Shown here: positions 39,798 through 55,540 of the stretch, in pieces | Numbering within the stretch: the stretch's first letter is position 1 | Layout of the letters: the number at the start of each line of letters is the position of its first letter | Assembly: GCA_964016885.1 (NCBI GenBank) | Contig: OZ024746.1 | Span: 68,138,001-68,202,000, forward strand | Direction of reading: 5' to 3' | Origin: Eledone cirrhosa | Lineage: Eukaryota | DNA: 64,000 nt | The notes under the pieces: model-generated | Database searches by the model: none | Told to the model about the DNA's origin: nothing | What the model saw: the letters and a program-made list of their open reading frames with translations, nothing else | Translations under genes and position numbers: made by a program

Positions 39798-42700
39798 CTA
39801 AATTCAATGAAACAAAATTAAGTATAACGATATGTTTTAAATAGAAAATATGTTTCTATTGTAATGTCATTGTCTTGATATCAGCACACATGATCACAGA
39901 TAAAATCATTTGTGATTAGAAACAATGAGATAATTAAATATTTCTATATTTATTTAACTATATTACTTTATCCTAGTGGATATCCAATACATAAACCAAT
40001 TACCTTCAAATATGGTATTTATAGTTATTCAAGTCTTTTGAAATGTGACTATATCTCTATTCAAAATGAATTATATAATAGAATAATATATTCTTCAACA
40101 ATTGCTATATCTATCCCATACAATAAATATATAATTCACACACTGCAGTTATGGTATATTTTATGGTATTTTCTATAATTTTCAGTTCTGTTTCCTTTTT
40201 ATTTTTATTTATCCAGCTCTCTCTTTTTGTCTCCATGTTCTTTTATAACTTTTAATTTCAAACATCTCTTTCCCAGCATAAATCTTCTGTTTAACAGTAA
40301 TTGTATTTACTACTTTATCTTGATATATATATCTCAAACTATTATTTTACTTCCATAATTTTCTCTCTGAATTTTAGCCTTATTTTTCATCTGTTTGTCT
40401 GTCTTCTCTATTCAACTTTCTTGCTAAGTTAATTATATTTTCATCCAGCAGATGATGATGACATATATTGAAATTTTGTCTGGACTACAAAGACTGATAG
40501 AAATTAAGTAATCAAAACAACATTGAAAAACCAGTATTGTGTTTGAAATACTGAATTATTTCAGTATAGAACTGTGATAATTGTTAGATATTGTGTTATA
40601 GCATGAGATGTCCTAGTTATTCATTCAAACCTGATATCTGGAACAGCATTACATTCAACATGAACATGCTATATCTTAACTCCTATCTTACAGACAACCA
40701 ACAACTATTTTCTAATTTAATCACCATGAAAAATATTTAACAGCAGTGTTTAGTGAGCCAAATAACAAAATTCAGCAACACATTTCCAACAGCCTGACAT
40801 CCAAAATCATTATTCCTAGATAAGAGAATGCAGCAACTAAAGTAATTAGACTCTGACAATGTGTGCAAACTTGATAATAATCAGTATGTGTTATAGAGAC
40901 CAAGCTAGTCAAAGATCAGATTTATTCTCTACTGCGTTTTATTTTTTATCAATTTAAATTCCAAGGTTACCTCCCCTGCTTTTTCCAAACTAGGATGTTT
41001 GCTCCTCACTGTGCAATTTTCATTAATTAATATCTTTTGACTTAGGTATGTTAGTACCAACTTTATCAGTTATAAATAGCTTACATACTTTAAACATTTG
41101 GAGTATACAGTATCACCTGTGCAGTTATAAGGGAAGATACAAGTTTTAAGGTGAAAGCTGTACACTTACAAGTATGACTTAACACTTACTAGTAATGCAG
41201 TGTCATTAGCGAATTGGCTGAGTTGTTAAGGGTTGGATTAAATACCTTGCATTATTACTTCTGGCAGTGGATTGGCAGTACCGGTAGAAGGTCGGACGCC
41301 ATGCTTTGCCACATAAAGTTACGGTCCTTTATAATTTGAGTTCAAATCCCGCCGAGGTTAACTTTGCCTTTCATCCTTACGGGGTCGATAAAATAAAGTA
41401 CCAGTCATGCACTGGGTCGATTTAATCGACTTTCCCATCCCCCAAAATTGCTGGCCTTGTACCTATATAAGAAACCATTATTGTTTCCAGCTTTTCAGCA
41501 GAGAGTTAAGGCCCTTTACATTCTGAGTTCAAATCCCGCCGAGGTTAACTTTGTCTTTCATCCTTACAGGGTCGATAAAATAAAGTACCAGTAATGCACT
41601 TGGGTAATTGCTGGCCTTGTGCCAAAAGTAGAAACAATTATTATTTCCAGCTCTCTCTGATCAAAGTTCAAATCCCACAAAAGTCATCTTTGCTTTTCAA
41701 TCTTTTTGTCGTCAATAGAATAAAATACCAGTGGACTGGCATAATTGTTACTGTCAGACATGATGCCTTGTGGTATCTTCTCCAGACCTTTGAATTCAGA
41801 GTTTATCTGTAATATCACTGGTGCTAAGTTATATTGGCTCTTGTCTTTTCTTTGGAAAACATTGATGGTGTGAAGCAGTAAGACTTGCTTGCATGGATGA
41901 TTGTTAAGCCTTCCACAAAAAATGAACCTTGCCAAGGCATGTGTGTTGAAGACAAACTATCTTAATGAAGATTCATGGTCTCATGAGATATATAGAGGTC
42001 CCAGACAGATGGACATTCCCAACATTAATCAGGGTTAATCTATTACATGATAAAGTCCTTAAACAGATAGGCACACATGTATTTCATGACTCATACACTG
42101 TTCATTTTCCTGACATTTAAACATTATTCTATGTACTTTACATGCACCTTTTATGAGTTGTAGTGCACCTAAGCACTGTACACAATAATTTCATTATTAT
42201 TATATTACCAACATTAGTTAGTGTTAATCTACTAAATGAAATGTCAGAGTAGAGCATTGTTCTTATTCAAGGCGAAATTAAGACCTTTAGAAGCCCGAAA
42301 CACTGTAAAGATTAAGGTAACTCTATATACTGTATATAAAACAAACTACAATATACTGTATTGAAAGAATACTCCATGGAGCCCTTCTTTAATTGAGGCT
42401 CTAAGCACTGGCTTATTTTGTGTAATTGTTAATACCGGGTTGTCCTTGATATGAATGAGCATTGTTTCAATTAAGAACTCTAACATTTGAAACTGTCGAA
42501 TCAAATTTAATTACAAGTGTATGGACTAGAGCAGTGGTATTAAGGTAACTTTTCAATTCTGTGATTGAAATTTGAGGTCAATATTTTGCTGATTTTCACC
42601 AACTTCAAATTCTATGTAAGTATGAAGTTTTAATATTAATATTTTAGGGTCAATTCCTACATTCTTCAAGTTCTCCTTCAATGCATCGTTGAAGCTTTTG

Positions 42701-44542
42701 TTTGGCTTACAATGTTTATTTTTACCATGAACAATTTTCCCATCTACATACATATACACACACATGCAAGTATCAAAATTATCAACATTAATAAAAATAA
42801 CAACAAAGTGAACCACACGAACATTCACTCATATAAATACTAATATGTTTTAAAAATTTCTTTGTGTTAAAATATAATGATTAATCTGTTCTAAAAATAA
42901 CTAATGTTAAATGTAAACATAAAATCTAAAAGGAATCAAGTTGCTTCTGAATATTTTAATGAAATCATAGATTCATTATTCAGTTCTGTTTCATTTCCAA
43001 CTGTATCACATATCTGTTCTGTGAAAGAGTGCCATTGTATTTTGCCAATAATCTTTTCTTGCCAGCTCAACTTTGTTAGCAATTGAAAGGAAATCAATAA
43101 GAGAGTGTAAGAGCAATGCAAATATTAGCTGTAGTTTGGTTAACTGAGTCTGACCCTTGAGGTTAAATCTGTGGGGAAAATATTGTTCCACTGAATGTTA
43201 ATACTATCACAGCTACATATTTAAAAATCATTACATAAAAACAGGCAATAAAAACCCTATTAGCATCAACAATGAATAGTAAAGCAGGACAAAGGAATAT
43301 AAAACTAATAGCTTGAAACAAAAATCATTACTTTTTAAAGCCATTTCAATATGTCTTTCTTTTTATTACATTTCATTGATAAGAAAGGAATGAATAAATC
43401 ATAAGCTAATTTCAGAGATAAAATGAATATTCTGTTTCTTTTATTAATTTACCTGTGAACAAATGAAAAAGTCTGTTGTTTTGTACATGACACCCAGTCG
43501 TGAATATATTCAAATTATACTGTCATGGAATTTTGTTCACTTATTTAATGTTATTTTAATAGATTATTAAGTAGCAGCTAACATAAATAATGTAGTGGGC
43601 TGACATACTTTTTTTTATGAACTTTTTTTTCTTTTGGTCACTAGATTAAGTTTATTAGTCCGCCTTCATTGGATCGTTTCCCAAACAGCATCTTTCCACA
43701 TGTTATCATCCTTTATCCTTTCCTTTGAGCGGTTCAGCCTTCAGCACCTCTGTACACATCCTTCTTGGTATTCGTCTTCTGCAACTTCCTTCCACTTGGA
43801 ATTTCTCGTATTCTTTACCAAAATGTCACCATGACATATCTGTACCAGTCTTCATTTCATTTTTTTTTAATGCAGATGCATGTCAGGTAAATATATAAGT
43901 TAAACTACAGCTATTACCCTATATCCTCAACAAAATAATGTTTTAGCAAATTTAAATGATTTCAATTAATAAGAAAATCGATCGACAAGATCGAGAGATG
44001 TCTTAATGAAGACTAAGAGTCTCTCACTCCGCAAAAAATAATAAAATAAAAAACTTTATTCTCATAAGTTCCTCCGCCCTTTGATGGGTTTTATTTTTCA
44101 TCCCATAGGGTGTCCAAAATCACCCTCCTCACCAAGCTTGCTGAGGTTGCCAGTTTAGTCACTGATGACCCAACCATACTCAGATTGTACTGGGTTACAT
44201 GTTACCAGTAGTGTTGAAGAGTGATCTGACATAAATACATACACATACACACACACACGTGCATGTGATGTTGACAGAAACAAAATTGTGTACTAAATAA
44301 GGGTTTCATAATATTCTTTATTATGGCAAGCTGTTGAGTCTTCTCTTATGAAGCTGTGAGTACAAATGTGAAACACCAAAGTAAGAAGTCTCATCACTTA
44401 GATATTATAGAAAATATATATATAACTCAATAGGCTCTGGATGTAGCTCGCCTTTCATTTGGTATAAACATACACACACACACTCACACACAAAGGGGCA
44501 ATGATATAAGCTTATACGCACACACAAACACATTCACATATA

Positions 44543-44621
44543 CAGGGTGTCACCCCAAAATGTATACGCACTTCAACAACATTCTAATGAAAGTGTGTAT
44601 ACAATTTTTGGGTATATCCTG
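44543..44621. mobile_element. 79-bp Tc1-like mini-MITE / hairpin
   Basis: TA-cagggtgtcaccccaaaatgtatacgcactt ... aagtgtgtatacaatttttgggtatatcctg-TA. Confidence 0.6.
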
Positions 44622-46520
44622 TATATACTAATAACCACATAAACTTACTCAAGCATACACAACATACTCACACACAATCATTCATAAACACATACACATG
44701 ATGGGATAGTTATGGCTGGGATTCTTTGGATTATATGTCTGCTCTGTCAGAGCTGAGTTGTGAAGAACTAAACAACAACTTTCAGTAGACACCAGCAATA
44801 CCTCTCTAACATAATAAAAACTTCTAGAAGCGTCACCACTATTTTTATTTTCCTTTCTAATACAAACATATAAAAACAGGCGCTAATAAAAGTTAGCTCT
44901 ACTTGTTCATTCAACATCCTAAAATAGCAGCTAAGTTACCTTCAAATCACACCCTCACATTTAAAAAATAGACTAGGGACATTCTGGACATTCTAGATAT
45001 ATGAAAAGATACTATGTTCACAGTTTGAACATCCTTGTGATCAGAAGTCTGTTTGATCAAGGCTAACCTGGCACTAAATAATGTCAAAAACTTGTAAGAA
45101 AGAATTATCGTTACTCAGTAATAACATGCATATTTTGAGAATGTTTTGTCATGATTTCACATATAATATATCTTCCAGAAAGCATGACGCTAAATTTTAA
45201 ACCCCATGATCAACTTAACTGCTAACTCTTTAGAGGCATCAAATAAATGCTTTATCTGACCAAATTCCCTGCAAGAGAAATTCCAGAACACTTCATCATT
45301 ACTTCTGACTTGTTATATAAAAAAAATCAAAAAAATCCAGAAGATATAAAAACTGGTGAAATCGTTTCCTGAAATATTTGTTCAATGATGTTATGCAGCA
45401 TTTCTATTCCAAAGAGGAAAAAAATTCAGTCACATGAATGCACCTGATGCAATCATGCAATATTACATACAACAATGCAGCATCTGCAAGCAAACATCAT
45501 TTCCTTTGCAACAATGCAACAACTTGGCAACATGTTCAACAACAAACCAACATATGTAATAACACATCTCTAGCAACAATACAACACCTACGACAAAAAT
45601 ATTACATTTCTAGTTAAGAGATGTATTAAGTAGTCACAGCTATGGCTGTGTGGTTAAGAAGTTTTCTTTACAATAATTCATGGTTCCATGTTTGATCTCA
45701 CTGAGCAGCACTTTCAGCAACTGTCTTCTAATATATTCTCAGTTTCACCAATACTGTCTGAGAGTAATTTGGTAGACAGAAGCTGTGGAAGAAGCCTGTC
45801 ATTAATTGTATCAAACCCCAAAGTATGTAATTGTGAAGTAAACTTCTGAATCATACACCCATGTCTGCACCCAGTTTGTTGAAGGTGAATGCATTAAAAA
45901 TCTAGATGTCAACAGAATTTTGTAGGATGTTTGTAGCCTGAAGCAATTTAAATATAATTGTTTCTACTTTTGGCACAAGGCCAGCAATTACCCAGTGCAT
46001 TACTGTTACTTTATTTTATCGACCTCGTAAGGATGAAAGGCAAAGTTAACCTCGGCGCGATTTGAACTCAGAATGGCAAGGGCCGTAACTCTATGCATCA
46101 AAGCATGGTGTCCGACCCTCTACCGATACTGCCAATCTACCAAAATATAATGGCAGAAAAAATATGACTGAATATAATATATTTGGTACAACCTGACATT
46201 AGATCAGCAGATAGTGGTAATAGTTATATTTATCAAATAAGCTATTAGTAACTAACTGAGGTCGTTGACAGAAATTGAAACAGATGTGACTAAAGGTGTG
46301 TAGAGATAATTATAAAGGTGTAACATTGGCTCTTTTAAAGAATTTATGATTCTTATTACTGCAATCCTCTCAAGAGGGCACTGTCTATTTAAAATCAACA
46401 CTTTACAATGTTTAGGGATTTCTTGGCTATTCAACCACATATCACAATTAGCTTTCTCTATAAATTGCATATATTTATATGATTATTGCTAAGAAAAATA
46501 TATCTCTGGTTCTGGTTCTG

Positions 46521-46573
<53 letters not shown>

Positions 46574-49500
46574 TATTGTAGGAATGCATTCATTAATCAA
46601 GGAACAATTCAGATACACCAAAGGAGGAAATTAAACTTAGTATCATGGTATGATCTATGTTTCGGAATGACAGACGGTACTTGTGCTTTGGATTTTCAAT
46701 ATTCTATGTCTGTAAACTAGATATCAACCACAGGTCAGCAAATCCTTTTGAAATTGATCCAATGCAAACAGTATTAAAATTTAGAGTTGTTTTCAGACAC
46801 TATTTTACAAGGCATCTTGTCATCGTTAAAAGAATGGATTATATAATAGCTACCAGAAGTCAATAACTTAAAACCATTAAAATATTACGTGGGAATTTGC
46901 TGTTTCCCTCACTATAATTTAAAATTTGTAGTAAAATATAATGGGACATGTTTATTGTGCAAGCTCAGCCATAAACATAATTTAATACCAGTTACTATAG
47001 CAATATATTTTTGTATAAAAACGGAATCCTAAAACGAATCACATTAAAAATTACATATATGAATGAATAAAATTTAAACTACATGCTAGAATTACACATA
47101 AAACCCAACAGTAATGCTTGCTTTTCCCATTCAAAGTTTGATAACTACTGCAAGTGTTCATAAATGTATATCCAAGTAGTTGTGAAGTGTGCTTCAACAT
47201 CATGAGATCCTTGGTTTGATGTCACTTCCAAGCATCTTGGACAAATCTCTTTAACATAGCCTTGAGTTGTGTCAGACTTGGGAATAAAATTGGGTGGACA
47301 GAATCTGTTTGGAAGCCTGTAATTCAAAGTCAAATATTGTGTCACATTGATTGAGCTTGAGAATTAAATTACGGCTACACATATCTGTGGACTATCCAGT
47401 CTCTTACACATTAATTAAAGAGTTGACTATTTAGTTGATCAAACAACTGAATGCTTAATGTCAAAACTGATGAAGATCCATCACAGACTTAATATTACCC
47501 ATACATTGTCAGATTAAATGCCAGTGCAATAGTTGTCTTGGCTCTTTACATTCCGAGTTCAAATCTCACCAAGGTCAACTTTGCCTTTCATCCTTGTAGG
47601 GGTGATAAAATAAAGTCAAGTAATGGGTTGATTTAATCAACTCTGTGCCTCCAACCCAGGTTTGCTGGTCTTGTGCCCAAATTAAAAATCAATATTACCC
47701 ACACATACACACAAAATCGGCTGAATGTTTCTAAGATTTAGTAGTTTGAAATCTAAAAGTTGCATAGACATTTGGTTAAATTACTAGTGTAGTTTTCTCA
47801 CCAAATTTTCTGACATCAATGTAAACGTATTGTAAAAGAACATTTGATAGAAAGGACCTAATTACTATGAAAGTTTTGTCTGAAAAGAAGAACTATGATT
47901 GTCAGGTGCAATAACAGAAACCTAATACTAAACAATATGTTGACCAATATTAGCAAATCTTTACACAGAAATTCATTGCCATCTATAATTGAGTTATTTA
48001 TAAAAATACAAATTAAATTTTAGGAAATAATTTTATAAAACAAAATGTAGATATATACAACAGAAAAATCACTAAAAACTATTTGTTTTATGTTATTCCT
48101 GCAGGTGTTTCTTCCAGTAATGTTCTAGATTGTTTCCAATAGAGACCAGAAAAAGAAACGATTTGATTTATTTGTGAGGACATTCCCATGAGTGAGACCA
48201 TTAAAAATACAAAATTTACATCAGCTTGTTCAGTCAAGAATACAAAAAGTAGCAGTTGGAATGGTAGTGAAGTATATTTCTTCATTTGATGTGACACTCA
48301 GAATATTAAGTTGCTTTACTTAAAAAATGAAGTAAACAGCAAACTATGAGAAAGCCTGTAAGAATTCACTCACCACACTGAAAATAGCAACCAAATCTCC
48401 ATCATATTGCATACAACCATGTTAAAAAAGAGAGAACATATTGGATAAAGTAGTCCCAGGTACACTGTGTCTGAAACAACGTTCAAGATTGTCATATCCT
48501 GAATGCCTTTGTTCATAATAGATCTACTTGAACACTGCAGGTTAGCAGGTTAAAAATAAACTCTTTAGAGAAAGTTGGTATATAGTAAAACAACAGAAAA
48601 TAAATTCTGCAATTTTCAACTGTTTCCAATCCATCACATTTTGAAATAAAGTGTTAAAAATGTTACAGCACACTATCAACTTTTAAAAAGTGTTATTATA
48701 TAAGAAAATAAGAATTGAAATTGTTTTTAAAGAGAGAGTTGCATGCATTGCATTGGCCGCAAAGAAATACACATGCACCTGTGTGATGTGGTAAAAAAAG
48801 CTCAATTTTTTTGTTATCCTGGCCCAAGCAGGGAAATAGCTGGAAACTATCTACTCTACACAATACAATATTAAACCAACTACAAGCTACACATGAACTA
48901 AAATATATTTGTATGATTTAAAAAATTAAGACACTACCTACACTTTATGTTCATTCAAATAAAATGTTTAACACTAATTAAAGTCAAAATATGTTATATA
49001 TATAAAGAAAATGTTATCAAAGTTTACTGTTGTATTTTTAAACAAAGTCTGTAAAATTTGATTTCACTTAATTTCATCTTATATTCTTTCTTTTAGATTA
49101 TATAATCATGTTTAAAATGTTATTTTTTTAGTCCTGGTAGAAGAGACAGTAATGTAAGCACTCACAGACTGGTAAAATTGGGGCAGCCAAATACCTACTC
49201 ACAAAATCTGCAGCTCAATATGTTGATGAATGTAGACATGATAAGAACCAAGAGTATTCAGGCCAAATGTTTGCAGAGTAAACTTTATAATAATAATAAT
49301 AATAATAATGAAATTATTTATTTATAATAAACTATACAGTACATTAGGTCTATCACACATAAAAACAGAATCAAAAGTACTTTGAAGAATGAAAATGCTT
49401 ATAGTTAATATATTTTTGGAAGTAAAATAAATATTTGTAAGGAAAATTTGAACAATGATTTTCATTATTTTTGTTTGAGGAAATAGCTAATATAAGACTG

Positions 49501-50429
49501 AACAAAATATGGATCACTGAAGCTAGTTTCAGCAAATTCCTCCCCTTTGCAACACCAGGTCAATGAATGACTCCTGTTAGTTTCCTTGACAAGCTCTTAC
49601 AACTGTGATTGATTATGGGCTGTTCAAATCAGGTGATATATAGATTAGTTGTTAATCTGCTGTTTTACATCAACCTACTGCTGAGAGAGTTTCCTACACT
49701 AACTTTTGTTCAGAGTTGTATTAAGCATGACTGTTTGCTCAAGACAGTCAAATGGCTGGTGGCAAATATGGCCACAATATATTAGTTTCTGCTTTTACAT
49801 AGTCTTTGTCACACTAACAGGATGTCTCACTGAGTCAAGGATGCTTGCACCACCACAACATATAGCTGTCCTCATTGTACTGTTGCTTAGCATCCAGCTG
49901 CCATGCCTCACATCTGTAAAAAGCCACTGAGGAAATCCACTTCTTTGAGTAAATCTTCCTCATCATCATGATGTTTACACAAGACTTTCAGGTTTTTCAA
50001 ACCTTCCCTGGCACTTTATTCTTTCACCTCATTACAGCGAAAAAAAAAAAAATGACATGCCTCTAGTCCCCATGGTATTCCCTAAGAATATTCAGCCTTA
50101 TGAATATTATTGCCGTGAGTTTTCATCAGCTTTTCCATGGATTAGATAATAATAATATAATATGCCTGGGGAATATTAGTATCATTTAATTGGTAAACCT
50201 TTGAAATGTATAGCAGATGCTGTGGGTTTTACTCAAAATAACAAAACATTAACTTTGCTACATGAATATAGTGAAAGGTATAAAAATATAGATATATGAT
50301 ACAGGAACATTTTAACATCAACAGATCACAATTACAAAAATAACAAATCGTCACTGAAATGAATATCTTTCAATACTTCTAGATCTACTCTTATAAAAAA
50401 AAAAGAAGCCTCTAAACAGACACTGACTT

Positions 50430-50670
50430 GCTAGAAATAGCAGCCAGATATCTCTCATATCACAACTTTCTATATGTTAATGAGCCAATGAAAAAGTTTC
50501 TATCACATCTTACATTCTTAGAAAAACTAAAACACATAGGATAATATAGTCTACATACATTATGCCTGAAAAAAAATATGGGATGGGATAGTTATTGTTA
50601 AAATGTCTTTCATCCAAGTGATGTGTTTGATCAGGAGTGATCTGGAGATACACAGCAACAACAACAACTG
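50430..50670 (+). repeat. Old dispersed repeat family (aatagcagccaaat..ctca.atcac...ggataat.tagtc...gtttgatcag..gctga.ctgg)
   Basis: Diverged relatives at ~8210-8480, 11555-11710, 28420-28560, 44920-45080, 48380-48530, 51180-51350(-). Confidence 0.5.
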
Positions 50671-53618
50671 GATAAGTCAGTCATTTTTGAACTCATGAAA
50701 GCAGAAAACTAATTTTCGAATCCAATATATAACGTATAAAAAGTTGCAACCCCTGAATGTAAGATAACTCACTGTAAAAATCAATATACTTAAATAGAGT
50801 GGATTTGAGATAAATTGAAATATGATTTAAAAAAGAAAATATCAAATAGTTTCCATTAAAATGTTTCCAATTTTGAAGGTAAAATGATTTCTTATTTCAA
50901 AAGTTCCAAGCTTTAATCACTAGCTCCATGCTTCTTACTGAGGTTAATGAACTAAAAAAAATGCAGTTCTATTTATGGTTTTTGCTCTTCTCATTACATT
51001 TTACTGATATATCCTCAAACTTATTTTTCCTTAAAATACAAAATTGAACTATTGTAATTTTTATCTGGTTATCCAGCTAGCTCAGTCAATACAATACTGG
51101 ATGCTTAACTTTGAAATTAGACATTAAGTAAGGTTTCCTTTTAAAAGCATAATGGCTTTGATTGAATGATTGGCAGAAAGGCAGATCTATATAGATATAT
51201 AAAAGCATTCTAGTCATAACTATTCTATCTTTTTAGATGTATCTATCATAAAATAATCTAATGTGTTCTTCCCATGTTTTAAGATAATAGATGATTTATG
51301 GAATATTTAGCTTCTATTTCTAGCAAGCCAAGCAACCATGGAGAAACCTCTCGGTTGGCTTAGTTACAACAATGTTCTTTCAAGTGACAGAAAACTCTTT
51401 TCATAAATCACTCACTTCTTCCATCTACTCTCCAACTGGGTAAACTGGCAAAGAGATATCTTATACAAGAATACAAAAGCATGAAGAAACCAATGGGGGT
51501 CTCTTTCTTTTTCATACATCATCAGGTTGATATGTGCTTATTATGGAATTTTCAAACAAAAGTGGTTTCCCATTGCCTTCCTTCAAGTATTTTTTTTTAT
51601 TTTTGTTACAAGACACCATCTTGTTGGCTAGATAAAGATATACTGCCACACATGCCCAAGCATCCAGTACATAAATAATTGAAACAAATACTGCAAGGTA
51701 TATCTTCCAATGTCCTAACAATTCCTCCAATGAACTGCTCTGGGCTTATACATATATAATGACTTGGGAAAGATGAAAAGCAAAGTTGATCTTGATTAAA
51801 TTTGAACTCAGAATATAAAGAGCCAGAATAAATTCCATCATGCAATTATTTTGTCCAAAGTTCTGATAATTTTGTCAATTTAATTCCTTGGTGGTGGTCT
51901 GCATTTTGTAATTAAGAGAGAGAGTGAATGCTTTTCTTTCTTTTATCTTTCTTTCTCATTTTTATTGTTATTCTTCACTTACTTTGTTAATTGTATGTCT
52001 GTGCATTGGATTGATTCCAAATTCTCTCTTATTAAAACATGATTATTTCATCAATAAAACCATTTAGTGAAGTTTGTATATTTGGATAACCTTGCATGCC
52101 ATGGAGATATGAGAGTCCCAGCAAAACACTTTGTCAGTCAGAAACATAACAAAACAAAATAAACCAACAAGAGAACATGTATGTATTGAAGATTCCATAT
52201 TAGTATCAGGTTAAACAAACATAAAATAACATGTGAACATCTTGATATATTTTAATTTGCTTAAGAAAAGAGCAATAAGCAGAGTAGTTAATTGGATCAT
52301 GTTGAATTGAAGAAGGTACACATTTTATTTTGAATAACTATATTAATTTCTAAAATAGATATAGATTTAGGTAGAAAGGAGAGTAGATAATATTAACCCC
52401 CAGTAATTGACTAGTATGTATTTTATTGTCTAGAGAAGCATAAAATACAAGGTAGTCTGTACAGGATTTGAACTCAGAACATGAAGGGCTATAATTAAAC
52501 ACAGCAAGGTATTTAATCTAATGCACAAAATGTTCTCCTATCTAGTACTTTTAAATAACTATTTCCAAGAAATATTGGAAAAATATGATTTTATATAATA
52601 AACATTATCAAGAAATTTCTTCCAAGTGAATGTTGAAACCATTGAAAATAAAATGAAAAATTGATTAAAGAATTATATATTTTTCTAATCAATGATGCTA
52701 CACATTCTGGTCTACCAAAGGATTTACACATTTTCTTAGGAATATAGCACAACATATTCCAATATAGAGGGCAACTCATCAATAAAGAACTTTAGATCAC
52801 AAATTATTGAAAATGTAATAGTAGTGGAGTTGTCAGACATGATAGTACAGCAGGCAATATATAATTTAGTTTTGATTCAGCTGATTATATTCTTTCCTAT
52901 ACAAAATTGATCTTTCCTATGCAAAATTGATCTTATCCCTAAGGAAGAAATCAATGACTTTCAAAACAAAAAGCAAGACATTTTCTTCTGTATATATGAC
53001 ACACATCCACAGCAGTTCACATTGGGTCTTGCTAAGTAAAATTATAAAATCTTTCCTAATCAATGAATCATATAAACTTAATTTTTTTTTGTTGATTTCT
53101 TTTTCTAGTTTTGTTTTTTCAAGCATATTATCTATTAAATTTAAGTTCGAAACATTTAATGACCATATAATATGTTTAGTGTGGATTTGAACTCTCAAAT
53201 ATACAGATATGCTTCTCTTACTTTAAATATTTTCATTAGTCATAACTTATTACAATGTACTACACTTACATTCTACTATATTCTATCAATACACAATATT
53301 CTATTACATCGACAACACAGTACTGTGTTAATTCAATGCATTACCTATACTTGCTTTAATTCAGTTTATATCATGTTATAGTTTTACTCATTATCATTTT
53401 AAATCTACTTTTCTATTCTAGCAAGACATATTAAGACAATACATATTAAGACAAGACATATTAGACAAGACATATTAAGGCTGTATTCTATAGCTGGAAG
53501 CCCTTCCTGACATTATCCTATACTTCATTTTTTAAAGTATGTTAATTATTCCGGTCAATGTGAATGGATACATATAAGGAAGCAAATATACACACAAACA
53601 TGTAAAATTGTGATGATG

Positions 53619-53714
<96 letters not shown>

Positions 53715-53715
<1 letters not shown>

Positions 53716-54054
53716 GAGACACATGGCTTAGTGGTTAGAGCATTGGCCTTGCAATCGAAAGGTTGTGAGTTCAATTCTCAGACCGGGCGATGTGTTGTTT
53801 CCTTGAGCAAGGCACTTTATTTCACATTGTTCCAGTTTACTCGGCTGTAGAAATGAGATGATAGGGACCCCAGTCCCTATCATTCCACTGCAAAGTGGTC
53901 GTGGAGGTGCCACGGCAAAAAAGCACCCAGCACTCACTGTAAATGAGGTTGGTGTTAGGAAGTGCATCGAGCTGTAGAAATCAAGCTAGAATCAGTTCCC
54001 GTCCCACCCTTGCAAGCAGGGAAAAGTGGACGTAAAATGAAATGATGATGATGA
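53715..54054 (+). mobile_element. tRNA-derived SINE, family A
   Basis: Full-length copy after (TG)n(TA)n. Confidence 0.85.
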
Positions 54055-55199
54055 TATATATATATATATAAATTTTTGGAGGTTTCCCCCTTAAAAAAAT
54101 TTTGTTCATATTGCCTTGTTTTCATTTGTTATATATGTGTGTGCGTGTGCATATATGTGTGTGTAGGACTTTCGTACACTTTCTGTCAATCAAAATATTC
54201 TCACAAGGCATTAGTCAACCCAAGGCTATATTAGACGACACTTGCCCAATGTGTGATGCAACAGACAGAATCAGACCACAAACTACATAGCCACGCCTAA
54301 TGTCTGTAATCACTATATATTCTGAAATACACTGCATATCCTACAAAACTTAAGTAGAAGAAGCATTTGGGATTCAACACCAGCAGTAATACTTGGAATC
54401 TTATGGGAATCAAAAGCAGCATTAATACTATTTCTAAAAGCTTGCTTGGTCTAGATAAAATAACACTATCTAATAATAGTCTTTCTTAATTGATTTTGCA
54501 GATATGTGCAAGACTTAGTCTCATTTAGATTTTCTCTTCCATGAAATAACAAGCCTTTACATTAACAGACGATCATACACACCATCATACTTTTTGCCCA
54601 TTGAATAAACTACATTGATACAGCAATGTTCAGTACTTGTGAAAAGGAAATGATATTTCAATAGTTGTTGTCAACTGATGTTTAATTTTTCTAGTTTGAA
54701 ATGTAGTTAAAGTCCACTGAATAAAGTCACTATGAAGTCACATTACTAAGTTGATGATTGAGCTATTCAATGAAGCATTTAAGCTTAGCTGCTTATAATG
54801 ACATTTCAGAAATTACAAATATATTTCTTTTGCATGGATAGACTTCAAGAGATATAACTACAAATAATGTCAACTTTGAAATGATTTATATGTTATTAAA
54901 CATAATTACAACTGTTGCTAGAAAAGCCGTTTTCTAATATTATATATATATTTATATATATATATATAATATATAATATATTCATGAGTGAATATTAATA
55001 ATAATATTATTATTATTCACTCATGAATACATTTAGGTATCCACCATAGAGTGAAAACAAATTTTGTTGTATGTATATATATATATATTATATTATATTA
55101 TATTAATTTATAAGTTTCTCTGAATTATATTCTAAGTGATATTATTCATTGAGAATTGAGATGTGATGACTGATTTTTAAATATGTATTATTAACTTGA

Positions 55200-55540
55200 C
55201 AGAAGGTGATCTCCAACTTGCATTCGATAGGTTTTGATGGCTGGAATGAAAATCAGTGTGGCGCAAACAAGGAGGCCTGTGCAGTTTACTCTACATGTGA
55301 ATGGAGTTCCACTGAAGCAGGTTGAAAAGTTCAAGTATCTAAGGGTCGTGTTCACGAGTGCAAGAATTGCAAAAACTGGTGCAGTAATGTGGCAACTTTA
55401 GCATTCGGTAATCAGAAGGGAGATAGGTGTAAAAGCCAAACTTGCTATCTTCAATTTAGTATTCATGCCTGAAATAATACGATCACGAATACAAGCAACC
55501 AAAATGGGGTTACTCCGAAGGACCTTTCGAGTGACATTGC
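55200..55540 (+). pseudogene. Highly decayed LINE RT C-terminal fragment (RTE-like)
   Basis: GMKIS...LHVNGVPLKQVEKFKYLRVVFT...AKLAIFNLVF...RIQATKMGLLRR, read across frameshifts. Confidence 0.65.

Noticed and set aside
48085-48297. Possible host exon after a pyrimidine tract and cag at ~48103
   Set aside because: Stops occur in all three frames within 40 nt, with no recognisable protein and no partner exons.
49700-50030. Moderately GC-rich segment with a short minus-strand peptide (GLKNLKVLCKHHDDEEDLLKEVDFLSGFLQM)
   Set aside because: Short, bounded by stops, and no family recognised.
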